Assembly: GCA_937915175.1 (NCBI GenBank)
Contig: CALDNA010000016.1
Coordinates: forward strand, 54,956-118,955
DNA length: 64,000 nucleotides
Direction of reading: 5' to 3'
Origin: an uncultured euryarchaeote
Lineage (GTDB): Archaea > Thermoplasmatota > Poseidoniia > Poseidoniales > Poseidoniaceae
Positions 29,225-38,475 of this stretch are shown piece by piece (position 1 is the stretch's first letter; the number at the start of each line of letters is the position of its first letter). The position numbers and the translations under genes were made by a program. The notes beneath the pieces were generated by a model. That model did no database searches, was not told the origin of the DNA, and worked only from the letters and a program-made list of their open reading frames with translations.

Positions 29225-29731
29225 ATGGCAGAAAATACAGTCAGTGAAAACATGGTAGCAAGCGTGCATTATACCGGAACTCTCCCCGAGAATGGTGAAG
29301 TCTTCGACAGCAGCGAGGGACGTGACCCATTGACCTTCCTCGTTGGACATAAGCAAATGATCCCTGGTTTTGAAGACGAAATCATGGGCGCTAAAGTCGG
29401 TGAGCGAAGGGAATTCACCCTGACCTCAGACCGTGCTTATGGAGACCGAGACAAAGATGCAGTGATGGAAATTCCTCGAGAACAATTCAAGCAACTCGAA
29501 GAAGAGTCAAGCCTCGAAGTGGGAATGCAACTGGTCGCCCAAATGCCTCACGGACCATCCCCTTTCACAATTACCAGCCTCACTGATGAGACGGTTACCG
29601 CAGATTTCAACCACGCTTTGGCTGGACAATCGCTTACCTTCTCTGTGGAGGTTGTGGAACTTCGAGAAGCCTCGGAAGAAGAACTGTCTCATGGCCACGT
29701 ACATGGCCCAGACGGTCACGACCACGATTGA
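29225..29731 (+). CDS. slyD: FKBP-type peptidyl-prolyl isomerase, SlyD-like
   Basis: VHYTG, FDSS, IPGFE, AYG and DFNHALAG motifs; His-rich tail HGHVHGPDGHDHD. Confidence 0.9.
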   Translation: MAENTVSENMVASVHYTGTLPENGEVFDSSEGRDPLTFLVGHKQMIPGFEDEIMGAKVGERREFTLTSDRAYGDRDKDAVMEIPREQFKQLEEESSLEVGMQLVAQMPHGPSPFTITSLTDETVTADFNHALAGQSLTFSVEVVELREASEEELSHGHVHGPDGHDHD

Positions 29732-31374
29732 ACCAAGCGAGTCTTGATGAAGCCCGTCCTCTTGGGCAAGGCATGGTCACTGAACGTAAGGAACAGTGGA
29801 ACACCCTAAGCGGTCTCGATTTGCCGCTGCAAAGCACGCCTGAAACGGTTCGTCAAGCAGGTTCAGAAGAGACCGAATTAGGATCAGCAGGAAGCCCACC
29901 CTACACGCGCGGCATTCACTCCACAATGTATCGGTCGCGCTTGTGGACCATGCGACAATATGCGGGGTTCTCGAGCGCATCAGCCACAAATGAACGCTTC
30001 AAACTCTTGCTGGAACGTGGCCAAAAAGGTCTCTCCGTTGCTTTTGATTTACCAACACAACTTGGCTTAGATGCTGATGATGAAATGTCGTTTGGGGAAG
30101 TTGGAAAGGTTGGCGTATCCATTTCACAACTCGACGACATGAGGGAATTGCTCCAAGGCATTCCGCTGGACAAAGTGAGCACTTCGATGACAATCAACGC
30201 CCCAGCAATGATTCTGCTTGCCATGTACATAGCGGTGGCAGAAGAACAAGGCGTTGCCTCGAACGAAGTTCTCGGAACCATTCAAAATGATATTCTCAAG
30301 GAATACATCGCACGGGGGACATATGTATTCCCACCAAAACAAAGCATGCGCTTGATCACTGACATCTTCGAATACTGCGCGGCTGAAGTTCCACGTTGGA
30401 ATACAATATCAATTTCAGGCTACCATATTCGAGAGGCAGGGTCTACAGCTGTTCAGGAAGTTGCCTTTACGTTGGCGAATGCCTTGGAGTATGTCGATGC
30501 GGCCATTGAATCCGGACTGGATATTGATACATTTGGACCAAGACTTTCGTTCTTTTTCAATTGCCATAATGACTTCTTTGAAGAGGCATCGAAGTTTAGG
30601 GCTGCCCGCACATTATGGTATGAACTGATCAGCGAACGCTACCAACCCAAGAATCCTAAGTCCGCCATGCTGAGGTTTCACACACAGGTGGCAGGCGTGA
30701 GCCTGACTGCACAACAGCCACTTAACAACGTGGCGAGAGTGACCATCCAAGCCTTGGCCGCAGTATGTGGTGGAACGCAAAGCCTCCACACAAATTCATA
30801 CGATGAGGCGCTTGGATTACCTACCGAAAAATCCGCAACGGTCGCCTTACGAACCCAACAAATCATCGCAGAAGAAAGTGGCGCTGCTGATGTCGTGGAC
30901 CCGCTTGGTGGATCGTACCACGTCGAGCAATTGACAAAGCGAATTCATGACGAAGCATTGGCCCAAATAAAGACCATTGAGTCTCTTGGAGGCGCAATGA
31001 AGGCCATTGAACAAGGATGGCAGCAACGTGAAATTCACAACGCAGCCTATGCCCACCTCAACGACGTCGAAGCAGGCTCACGCCTGATCGTTGGCGTCAA
31101 CCATGGTGTAATGGAAGAAACCTCTACAACAGAAGTGTTGAAGCTCGACCCCACAGTTGGTGAAGCCCAGTGTAAAAAACTGGAGGACTTACGAAACCAT
31201 CGAGATGAGCAACAATGTGAAGCGAACCTTGGAAAAATCCGTATTGCTGCTGCAAGCGATGATAACCTCTTCCCACTCGTCATTGAGGCTGTAAAGGCGG
31301 GTTGCACGCTTGGTGAGATTATGCAAGCCATGAAAGATGTGTTCGGCACATGGATGGCACCGAGTGGATTTTGA
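29728..31374 (+). CDS. Methylmalonyl-CoA mutase, large (substrate-binding) subunit
   Basis: WTMRQYAGF, GLSVAFDLPTQ, QNDILKEY, ISISGYHIREAG and QSLHTNSYDEAL motifs; no B12-binding domain. Confidence 0.92.
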   Translation: MNQASLDEARPLGQGMVTERKEQWNTLSGLDLPLQSTPETVRQAGSEETELGSAGSPPYTRGIHSTMYRSRLWTMRQYAGFSSASATNERFKLLLERGQKGLSVAFDLPTQLGLDADDEMSFGEVGKVGVSISQLDDMRELLQGIPLDKVSTSMTINAPAMILLAMYIAVAEEQGVASNEVLGTIQNDILKEYIARGTYVFPPKQSMRLITDIFEYCAAEVPRWNTISISGYHIREAGSTAVQEVAFTLANALEYVDAAIESGLDIDTFGPRLSFFFNCHNDFFEEASKFRAARTLWYELISERYQPKNPKSAMLRFHTQVAGVSLTAQQPLNNVARVTIQALAAVCGGTQSLHTNSYDEALGLPTEKSATVALRTQQIIAEESGAADVVDPLGGSYHVEQLTKRIHDEALAQIKTIESLGGAMKAIEQGWQQREIHNAAYAHLNDVEAGSRLIVGVNHGVMEETSTTEVLKLDPTVGEAQCKKLEDLRNHRDEQQCEANLGKIRIAAASDDNLFPLVIEAVKAGCTLGEIMQAMKDVFGTWMAPSGF

Positions 31375-31383
31375 GGGGATGCT

Positions 31384-31824
31384 ATGAAGTTTGGACCCAT
31401 TCACATTGACCACATCGGTATTGCGACAGCACAACTCGATGGTGCATCTGAGTTTTGGAATCTCCTTGGTCTTAAACAAGCAGATCAGGATGAAACCGTC
31501 GTAGATCAAGGTGTCACGACTCGCTTTTTTTCAACATCGGAGGAACCTGAGAATTCCAGCGCTCATCCGCCGATGGTGGAACTGCTAGAACCCACTTCTG
31601 AAGACACCCCAATTGGTCGATTTCTAGCCAAGAGAGGACCCGGCGTACAGCAAATCTGTTTCCGCGTGGGTGATTTACTCGGGCTCATTCAACACCTCAA
31701 AGACAACGGTGTCGTGATGATCGATGAGAAGCCGAGGATGGGTGCCGGTGGCAAGCAAATCGCCTTTGTCCATCCAAAGTCAACAGGTGGCGTTCTCGTC
31801 GAGTTGACAGAATCACCTCGTTGA
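31384..31824 (+). CDS. mce: Methylmalonyl-CoA epimerase (VOC family)
   Basis: IDHIGIA, ELLEP, FLAKRGPG and FVHPKSTGGVLVEL motifs; follows the mutase. Confidence 0.9.
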   Translation: MKFGPIHIDHIGIATAQLDGASEFWNLLGLKQADQDETVVDQGVTTRFFSTSEEPENSSAHPPMVELLEPTSEDTPIGRFLAKRGPGVQQICFRVGDLLGLIQHLKDNGVVMIDEKPRMGAGGKQIAFVHPKSTGGVLVELTESPR

Positions 31825-31883
31825 AGGGTATTCCATCAACTCAAAGGGTAACCATCATAATCGAGCGCATCAAGGTGGTTTTC

Positions 31884-32189
31884 ATGCGCACATGTGTTGA
31901 CACATTGATTGCCTTAGCCCATGTTGACGGGCCTCGCGTCCGAAAGGAAGCACAATACATCGCTGATCGACTTGATGTTCTTCGACAATCCGGCGCAATT
32001 TCGAACGATGCCTACCTCGACGCAGGTGCGATTCAGGGTGCATTCAACATGATCGGAAACCTTGTAGAAATGGGTGTTTCACAAAAAGAAATCTTTGGAC
32101 AATTGAAGCAGCAACTCATTCGAGCGTGCCATATTGAAGAGAAACACCCTGGCCTTGACTCCGCAGTTGAATCCGGTAGAGCTTCGTGA
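31884..32189 (+). CDS. Hypothetical helical protein
   Basis: 101-aa ORF from ATG 31884 filling the gap between mce and the ABC ATPase. Confidence 0.6.
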   Translation: MRTCVDTLIALAHVDGPRVRKEAQYIADRLDVLRQSGAISNDAYLDAGAIQGAFNMIGNLVEMGVSQKEIFGQLKQQLIRACHIEEKHPGLDSAVESGRAS

Positions 32190-32199
32190 GGTGGAGAAC

Positions 32200-33033
32200 A
32201 TGCAACCCCTGTTAACGCTGACCAGTGTGTCGAAATCTTTTGGCGATTTGCAAGCGCTTGACAGTGTAGACCTCAACATCAATGCAGGCGAAGTCGTAGG
32301 CCTCGTAGGCAGCAATGGTGCTGGGAAAACCACCCTCCTGCGGCTTATGGCTGGTGTCTATACGCCGACATCTGGAACTGTGTTGCTCGCAGACGGTAAT
32401 CCAGTCAGCAAAATGCGACAATCCCTCGGCGTGGTCCCTGAGTCTACGGGACTCTACTCTCGGCTCACTGCATGGGAAAACATACGTTACCACTCAAGAA
32501 TGCACGGCATTTCTGACAAAGATGCATGGGCCCGTACGGCCAAATTTGCTCAACATCTCGACATGGTCGACAGTTTAGGCCGTCACACCAAGGGATTTAG
32601 CCGTGGTATGCGTCAAAAGACTGCGTTGCTGCGAGCCTTGGCCCACGGCCCGTCAATTCTTTTACTCGACGAACCGACTGCTGGTTTAGACATAACAAGC
32701 GCACGGACCGTACGAAAGTTGGTTCATCAGTTAAAAAATGAAGGTGGAACCGTAATTTATTCGACCCACCAGTTAGCTGAAGCCGAACAAGTATGTGATC
32801 GCATCGTAATTGTTCACAACGGAGAAGTTCGTGCTGATGGATCTCCGGAAGACCTCCTCAAATCAACCAATTCCACTTCGTTAGAAGAAGCCTATGTGGC
32901 TCTCACCAAAGATACGGCAAGGCAACGGCAAGAAGATGACCAGAAGGAAGGGCGATTCACAGGCATGTGGCGGTCGTTCTTCACACCTAAACCGCCTTCA
33001 ACACCTGCACTGGAGGTGGAAGAAGATGAGTGA
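32200..33033 (+). CDS. ABC transporter ATP-binding subunit (NatA-like exporter)
   Basis: GSNGAGKT, FSRGM, LLLDEPT and STH motifs. Confidence 0.9.
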   Translation: MQPLLTLTSVSKSFGDLQALDSVDLNINAGEVVGLVGSNGAGKTTLLRLMAGVYTPTSGTVLLADGNPVSKMRQSLGVVPESTGLYSRLTAWENIRYHSRMHGISDKDAWARTAKFAQHLDMVDSLGRHTKGFSRGMRQKTALLRALAHGPSILLLDEPTAGLDITSARTVRKLVHQLKNEGGTVIYSTHQLAEAEQVCDRIVIVHNGEVRADGSPEDLLKSTNSTSLEEAYVALTKDTARQRQEDDQKEGRFTGMWRSFFTPKPPSTPALEVEEDE

Positions 33034-34246
33034 GTTAGCAACCTATCGCATCAAAGCAATTGCGAAAAAGGAATTGGTGGAATTTGTTCGCGACTGGCGG
33101 ACCATCATGGCCATCATTGTCATCCCCCTGTTGATGTTCCCATTGCTGTTCATACTCTTCCCTGTGCTTTTGGAATCCGAAGCGGCTGAGTTGGATGCTC
33201 TTGAGTTAACGGTCATCGTCCAAACAGATTTGATGGAACCAAGCCTTGAGCAAGCGATCAATAATGTAAGCATACGAGTCGTCTATGAAGCGTTGCCAAA
33301 CCTCACGGTGCTCTCCGAACCTGGTGAAGATTTAGAACGCGTACGAAACTTATCTGTTGATGCTGTTCTAAGGTTTGAGCAGGAGAATTCAACATGGAAC
33401 TATGCCATTTTACACCTTTCGACTTCAGAGCGCTCCAATGAGGCTTGGAACAGGTTGCTGGACGCCCTAGGCACATGGGAGTCCGAAGAAGTTGAACGAA
33501 GAATTGTAGATTCAGGGCTCGATGTCAACACAACCCTTGATCCGTTGCGTTGGGATGGTGACGTAAGCCAGAGCGATGTGGCAACCAGTGGAGAACAGGC
33601 AGGCATGCTTCTGTCCCTGTTTATCCCGTTGGTGCTGGCCATTTGGACCTACTCCAGCGCGCTGCAGCCTTCCATTGATATGACTGCTGGAGAGCGAGAG
33701 AGAGGTACACTGGAAGCCCTCCTCTGCCTGCCATGCACCAGAATGGAATTGTTGCTTGGTAAATGGGTCGCTGTTGCCACAATTACCGGCGTGGGCGTGG
33801 TGTTACAGATTTGTGGACTGTTGTTTGCTATTGGTTATCTTGCTTCATCCAGCGTAATTGGCTTGCCTGAACTTTCCATCATGACCGTGGCATTGATTGT
33901 TGCAGCAATTCTGCTGTTTGCAATCATGGTGGTTGCCATTGAACTGGCTTTAGCCATGCGCTCACACAGCGTCAAAGAGGCAGGATCCATTTTGGCACCA
34001 ATGCTGTTGCTGATCGTTTTCCCAGCGTTGTTCACACAAGTCATCAACCTCGACGGCATTGAGTCATTTTGGTTTGCAATACCAGTGGTGAACATCCTCC
34101 TGGCATTGCGCGAATTGTTGATGAATCGAATCATCACGGAACACATCATCATTTGGGCGGGCACAAGCATCGTCTATGCAGGATTAGCAGCCTACTATGC
34201 AAGCAGGCAGTTTAACCGAGAAGACATTGTTACGAGTCTCTCGTAA
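33026..34246 (+). CDS. ABC-2 type permease (NatB-like)
   Basis: KE..RD.RT, AGERERGTLEALL and S.KEA motifs; 6 TM segments. Confidence 0.88.
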   Translation: MSELATYRIKAIAKKELVEFVRDWRTIMAIIVIPLLMFPLLFILFPVLLESEAAELDALELTVIVQTDLMEPSLEQAINNVSIRVVYEALPNLTVLSEPGEDLERVRNLSVDAVLRFEQENSTWNYAILHLSTSERSNEAWNRLLDALGTWESEEVERRIVDSGLDVNTTLDPLRWDGDVSQSDVATSGEQAGMLLSLFIPLVLAIWTYSSALQPSIDMTAGERERGTLEALLCLPCTRMELLLGKWVAVATITGVGVVLQICGLLFAIGYLASSSVIGLPELSIMTVALIVAAILLFAIMVVAIELALAMRSHSVKEAGSILAPMLLLIVFPALFTQVINLDGIESFWFAIPVVNILLALRELLMNRIITEHIIIWAGTSIVYAGLAAYYASRQFNREDIVTSLS

Positions 34247-35752
34247 TCAGGCAGAGAACGCTACAAAAGAATCCCTAACCACATCGATGATGAGGTCAAT
34301 TTCTTCGGAAGTGATGGAAAAGTGCGGGGTAAATCGTAGCGCATTGGTTCCACCATGAATGACGCCCAATCCGTGGCGGCGGCACCAGGGTTCAACGGCG
34401 TCAAACCCAACGACAGGAAACTGTTCTGGCACAAGTTCGGCACTAAGAAGTAGCCCTGTCCCCTGCACCTTCGTAATAATACCAGGCATTTCTTCACCAA
34501 GAGCAATGAGCTTCTCGACAAATTCGTCACCACGATCTTTGATGTTTGCACGCAAATCAGGAGTCATGCTATCAAGCACAGCGCAGGCAGTTTCGAGCGC
34601 TCTTGGATTTGTTGTCATCGTGTTGCCATAGATTCCAACCACGTAGTTGTCTGCAGCCCGTTCGTTCATTCCGAGAACGGAGAGTGGAAACTGGCCGGCG
34701 TTTAGTGCCTTTGACCATGTCTCGAGGTCAGGCACCTCTGCATCTTGGAATCCATCATAATCAATAATCGATAAGCATCCTTGCCCGCGAATGCCTGCTT
34801 GGATTGAATCAACCAACAGCATCGAGCCGTGTTCGAGGGTAAGCCGGCGAGCCGCATCGTAAAAATCACGCTCAACACAAGCACCGGGATTGCCTTCGCC
34901 TTGAACCGGCTCAATGGCCATCAGTTCGATGAACCAATTTTCATCTTCTGCGCGTTGGAACATTGCTTCAAGGGAAGCGATATCATTTGCAGGGACAAGA
35001 AGCAAATTATCTCGGTCTCTAAAGGTCGCTAGATTTTTGTCATACGAGCGCATGCAGGAATGAGAGATTTGGGCTGGTCGGTCTGTGCGACCATGGAACG
35101 CTTTTTCGATTGCAAGGAGTTTGATTTCTTTTCCTTCATGCTTCCCACCAGGGCCTGTGTGAGTGCGTGCGTTGACGTCAGCGATACGAAGACTGACCGT
35201 TACGGATTCTGAACCACTGTTCATGCAAATGAATTTGGTAAACGGGCATGAACCCCGAGTGTGGCCAAGTTCCCGTTGGAGACGTTCAGCAAGGCGTTTC
35301 TGACTGAATGAAGGCGTCATAACGTTCGCCATGACCCAGTTTCCAGACATGGCTTCTATGACAGACTCAGGTCCATGCCCTGCACCAAGCATACCGTAGC
35401 CACCGTTGTCGTGCAACACAGCACCGTAAGCGGTCACAATCCATGGCCCACGTCCAGCAAGGGCGATGTACGGATTCACAGTAGCGGGCGCGTAGAAGTT
35501 TACGAAATCATGTTGCAGAACTTTAACCAGGTCTGCTTCTTTGTGTTGAAGGGTCTCAAGGCCAAATTCAGATACGACCTCGTCAAACCGTGCTGTCGCT
35601 TCGCCGATGGCTTGCGTGAGCTTGGGATCGAGTTCACAAAAACGGGCAATGACTTCATCAGTCAGCCCTATTGTGTCCATGTCACCCGTATTCAGACGGA
35701 TGTTGTGCAGGTGCTCAAGAGCCTCATGAGGTTGCAACTTCGCTGTCATCAA
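34247..35752 (-). CDS. Class III PLP aminotransferase, probable L-lysine 6-aminotransferase type
   Basis: SGSES, FHGRT, EPVQGEG, DSIQAG and SKAL motifs. The N-terminal extension FVNFY...PYIALAGRGPW...GGYGMLG resembles, from memory, the ~500-aa Lat subtype. Confidence 0.75.
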   Translation of the reverse strand: MMTAKLQPHEALEHLHNIRLNTGDMDTIGLTDEVIARFCELDPKLTQAIGEATARFDEVVSEFGLETLQHKEADLVKVLQHDFVNFYAPATVNPYIALAGRGPWIVTAYGAVLHDNGGYGMLGAGHGPESVIEAMSGNWVMANVMTPSFSQKRLAERLQRELGHTRGSCPFTKFICMNSGSESVTVSLRIADVNARTHTGPGGKHEGKEIKLLAIEKAFHGRTDRPAQISHSCMRSYDKNLATFRDRDNLLLVPANDIASLEAMFQRAEDENWFIELMAIEPVQGEGNPGACVERDFYDAARRLTLEHGSMLLVDSIQAGIRGQGCLSIIDYDGFQDAEVPDLETWSKALNAGQFPLSVLGMNERAADNYVVGIYGNTMTTNPRALETACAVLDSMTPDLRANIKDRGDEFVEKLIALGEEMPGIITKVQGTGLLLSAELVPEQFPVVGFDAVEPWCRRHGLGVIHGGTNALRFTPHFSITSEEIDLIIDVVRDSFVAFSA

Positions 35753-35849
35753 TGTGCTGTCCCATACGGGATGCCTTGAACATTCGCTTGTCCAAGCATG
35801 GCAGGGACCCTTCTGTAATGCTTAGCAGAACATTCCATTTTTGATGAAA

Positions 35850-35883
35850 TAATACCTGAGTAATACTGGAGTAATACTTAAAG
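35850..35883 (+). promoter_or_regulatory. Putative RHH operator (3x TAATAC, 11-bp period) overlapping the promoter of the que operon
   Basis: TAATAC at 35850, 35861 and 35872; two copies lie within GAGTAATACT; they run into the TATA-like CTTAAAG 29 nt before ATG 35906. Confidence 0.65.
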
Positions 35884-35905
35884 AGGGCGCATCTAAGCGC
35901 CATTC

Positions 35906-36076
35906 ATGCCCAAAATATCTCTGGACATGCCAGCGGAGTTGGTTGAAGATTTACGAAAGCACGTGGGCGATGACCACAAGTTCGTAAGTTTGGCTGATGC
36001 AGTTCGCACAGCTTGCCGTAAACTCCTCGACCAGTTGGATGAGATTGATGCACGACACGGGCGCCAGGTGGAATGA
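35906..36076 (+). CDS. Ribbon-helix-helix (CopG-like) regulator
   Basis: Not in the ORF track. MPKISLDMPAELVEDLRKHVGDDHKFVSLADAVRTACRKLLDQLDEIDARHGRQVE: alternating beta-strand (KISLDMP), helix, then the F-S-x-D-A-V-R-x-A RHH pattern; 3 bp before folE. Confidence 0.8.
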   Translation: MPKISLDMPAELVEDLRKHVGDDHKFVSLADAVRTACRKLLDQLDEIDARHGRQVE

Positions 36077-36079
36077 AAC

Positions 36080-36649
36080 ATGGTAACACGAACAGAAGCA
36101 GAAAAGGCCGTATTGACCCTCTTGGGATACTTGGAAGACGATCCACAACGCGAAGGGTTGACCAAGACACCACAGCGTGTCATCGATTCTTGGGACGAAT
36201 TGTTTGCAGGTTACAAATTAAATGCCGCAGATCTACTCGATTCGACCTTTAACGGCGAGGGTTACGACGGCATTGTGTTGTTGCGTGACATTGAATTCCA
36301 CTCAACCTGTGAGCACCATCTTCAACCGTTCAATGGACGCGCCCACATTGCATACATTCCCGTTGAACGAATTGTTGGGATCAGTAAATTGGCTCGCATT
36401 ATTGATTTGCATGCTCGTCGCCTTCAAAACCAGGAGCGAATTACAAAGGGCATTGCTGATGATTTGGAGAAGCATTTGGCACCGCTTGGTGCCGCTGTCA
36501 TCATCGAAGCGTCCCATGGATGCATGCGCTGCCGAGGTGTGAAAAAGCAAAATTCAGTGATGACAACCTCCGCCATGCGGGGCGTGTTCTTCGAACGACC
36601 TGAAGCGCGTCAAGAACTCATGCAGTTGATTCAAGCCCGCCCTTTGTGA
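36080..36649 (+). CDS. folE: GTP cyclohydrolase I (type IA)
   Basis: REGL..TP.RV, CEHHL, GISKLAR, LQNQER and HGCM..RG motifs. Confidence 0.93.
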   Translation: MVTRTEAEKAVLTLLGYLEDDPQREGLTKTPQRVIDSWDELFAGYKLNAADLLDSTFNGEGYDGIVLLRDIEFHSTCEHHLQPFNGRAHIAYIPVERIVGISKLARIIDLHARRLQNQERITKGIADDLEKHLAPLGAAVIIEASHGCMRCRGVKKQNSVMTTSAMRGVFFERPEARQELMQLIQARPL

Positions 36650-36658
36650 AGTGAGTCA

Positions 36659-37321
36659 ATGAGCGACCAAGAGTTCTGCCTCATCGCTGGCGAAACGCCG
36701 GTGGACAATCCAACAGACCTGGCAACGGTCTATCCTATTGTCGAGATCTTTCATTCGGTACAAGGCGAAGGATTCCACGCCGGCATACCTCATGTGTTCG
36801 TTCGATTGGGAACCTGCAATTTACGTTGTAAGTGGTGCGATACGGACTTTATGACCTTTGAAAACATGAACGCAATTGACATTCTTGCAAGCGTTATGGA
36901 ATTTGATTGCAAACGCGTCATATTCACTGGAGGAGAGCCAATGCTTCAGGACCTATGGCCCCTTCACCGGCTTCTGAAAGCACGAGGATACAACTTATCT
37001 GTGGAAACGAACGGAACCATCGAAATCCCTGAAGGTTTGCTCGACTGGGTTTGCGTTTCTCCAAAGGACCAGATGTACCCCGATGTGAAAATACGTCAGC
37101 GAACGGGGGACGAACTCAAGTGTGTCTATGTCGGACAAGACTTAGAATTATACAGTGATCTGCAACAAGGGTTCAAACATCATTTCCTTCAACCGTGCTA
37201 CATGGACACAGAGAGTGTAGAGTGGAATGGGAAGAACTTCGCCGAAACCGAAGCGGTTGTCAAGACAAATGCTCCGTGGCGATTGAGCCTACAAACTCAC
37301 AAATGGATGGGTGTGGATTAA
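36659..37321 (+). CDS. queE: 7-carboxy-7-deazaguanine synthase (radical SAM)
   Basis: EIFHSVQGEG, CNLRCKWCDT, TGGEP, ETNG and LSLQTHK motifs. Confidence 0.93.
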   Translation: MSDQEFCLIAGETPVDNPTDLATVYPIVEIFHSVQGEGFHAGIPHVFVRLGTCNLRCKWCDTDFMTFENMNAIDILASVMEFDCKRVIFTGGEPMLQDLWPLHRLLKARGYNLSVETNGTIEIPEGLLDWVCVSPKDQMYPDVKIRQRTGDELKCVYVGQDLELYSDLQQGFKHHFLQPCYMDTESVEWNGKNFAETEAVVKTNAPWRLSLQTHKWMGVD

Positions 37322-38475
37322 TGACCAAGCGCTCAGTTATGGCCCTTTCAGGAGGCATGGATTCTACAGCATTGCTTGTCCGCCTTTTGGCTGACGGGGC
37401 AAAGGTCAGCTGTATCTCATACAGGTATGGCCAAAAGCACAGCGTTGAACTCCAACGCGCCAAACAAAACATCGAATATTTACGCTCCAAAGGTGCCAGT
37501 GTCGACCACGTGGTTGTGGATTTGACTGGCGCAATGAGTCTGTTTGATTCTGCTTTGCTCGATGGAGGGGCGGAGATTCCTGAAGGTCACTATGAAGAAG
37601 AGCAAATGAAGGCCACAGTTGTACCAAATCGAAACGCTATTTTTGCATCCATTCTCTATGGCCACGCGCTCTCCATTTCATCAAGAGAATCCACTGATGT
37701 CTCGATTGCACTGGGCGTTCATTCGGGTGACCATGAGATCTACCCAGATTGTCGGCCAGAATTTTACACTGCCCTAGAACACGCATTCGCAATTGGCAAC
37801 TGGGACAGTGAGCGGGTGAAATTTCAACTTCCTTACTTGAACGGAAATAAGGTCACCATTCTAAAGGATGCGCTAAGGGCTTGCGACCAACTTGAACTTA
37901 ATTTTGACCGGGTTTTTGAAAATACAATTACCTCGTACAATCCAGATGCAAAAGGAAGAAGTTCGGGTCGAAGCGGCTCGGATGTCGAGCGCATTTTGGC
38001 CTTCAACGCACTAGATTTGGTCGATCCTATCGAATATGTTGAACCATGGGGCGTCGTGCTGGAAGCAGCCCTCGAGACTGAGAGAAAGCACAAGGATGCT
38101 TACTACAAAGAAAAATTATCCGAACTGCAATATCATGTCACACGCAACAGCGGAACTGAACAAGCTTTTACCGGAATTTACTGGGATGAGAAACGCAAGG
38201 GGACGTACACATGCGTCTGTTGCGGGCATGTCCTCTTCACATCAACAATGAAGTTCGATTCAGGCTGTGGCTGGCCTTCATTCCACAGCGAACACGCAAG
38301 AGCGGGAATCGTTCAAATTGAAGATCGAACATATGGCATGCTTAGGGTTGAAGTTCGCTGTAAAAAATGCGATGCTCACCTCGGTCACATTTTTGAGGAC
38401 GGGCCACGAAAGCACGGAGGCAACCGATATTGCATCAATTCAGCATCATTGAACTTCGAGGAGATGGAAGAATGA
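37321..38475 (+). CDS. queC: Fusion protein: 7-cyano-7-deazaguanine synthase QueC + peptide-methionine (R)-S-oxide reductase MsrB
   Basis: N-terminal SGGMDS, YGQKH, VPNRN and YPDCRPEF (QueC); C-terminal GTEQAFTG, CVCC, KFDSGCGWPSF, CKKC, HLGHIF.DGP and RYCINS (MsrB); single uninterrupted frame. Confidence 0.9.
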   Translation: MTKRSVMALSGGMDSTALLVRLLADGAKVSCISYRYGQKHSVELQRAKQNIEYLRSKGASVDHVVVDLTGAMSLFDSALLDGGAEIPEGHYEEEQMKATVVPNRNAIFASILYGHALSISSRESTDVSIALGVHSGDHEIYPDCRPEFYTALEHAFAIGNWDSERVKFQLPYLNGNKVTILKDALRACDQLELNFDRVFENTITSYNPDAKGRSSGRSGSDVERILAFNALDLVDPIEYVEPWGVVLEAALETERKHKDAYYKEKLSELQYHVTRNSGTEQAFTGIYWDEKRKGTYTCVCCGHVLFTSTMKFDSGCGWPSFHSEHARAGIVQIEDRTYGMLRVEVRCKKCDAHLGHIFEDGPRKHGGNRYCINSASLNFEEMEE

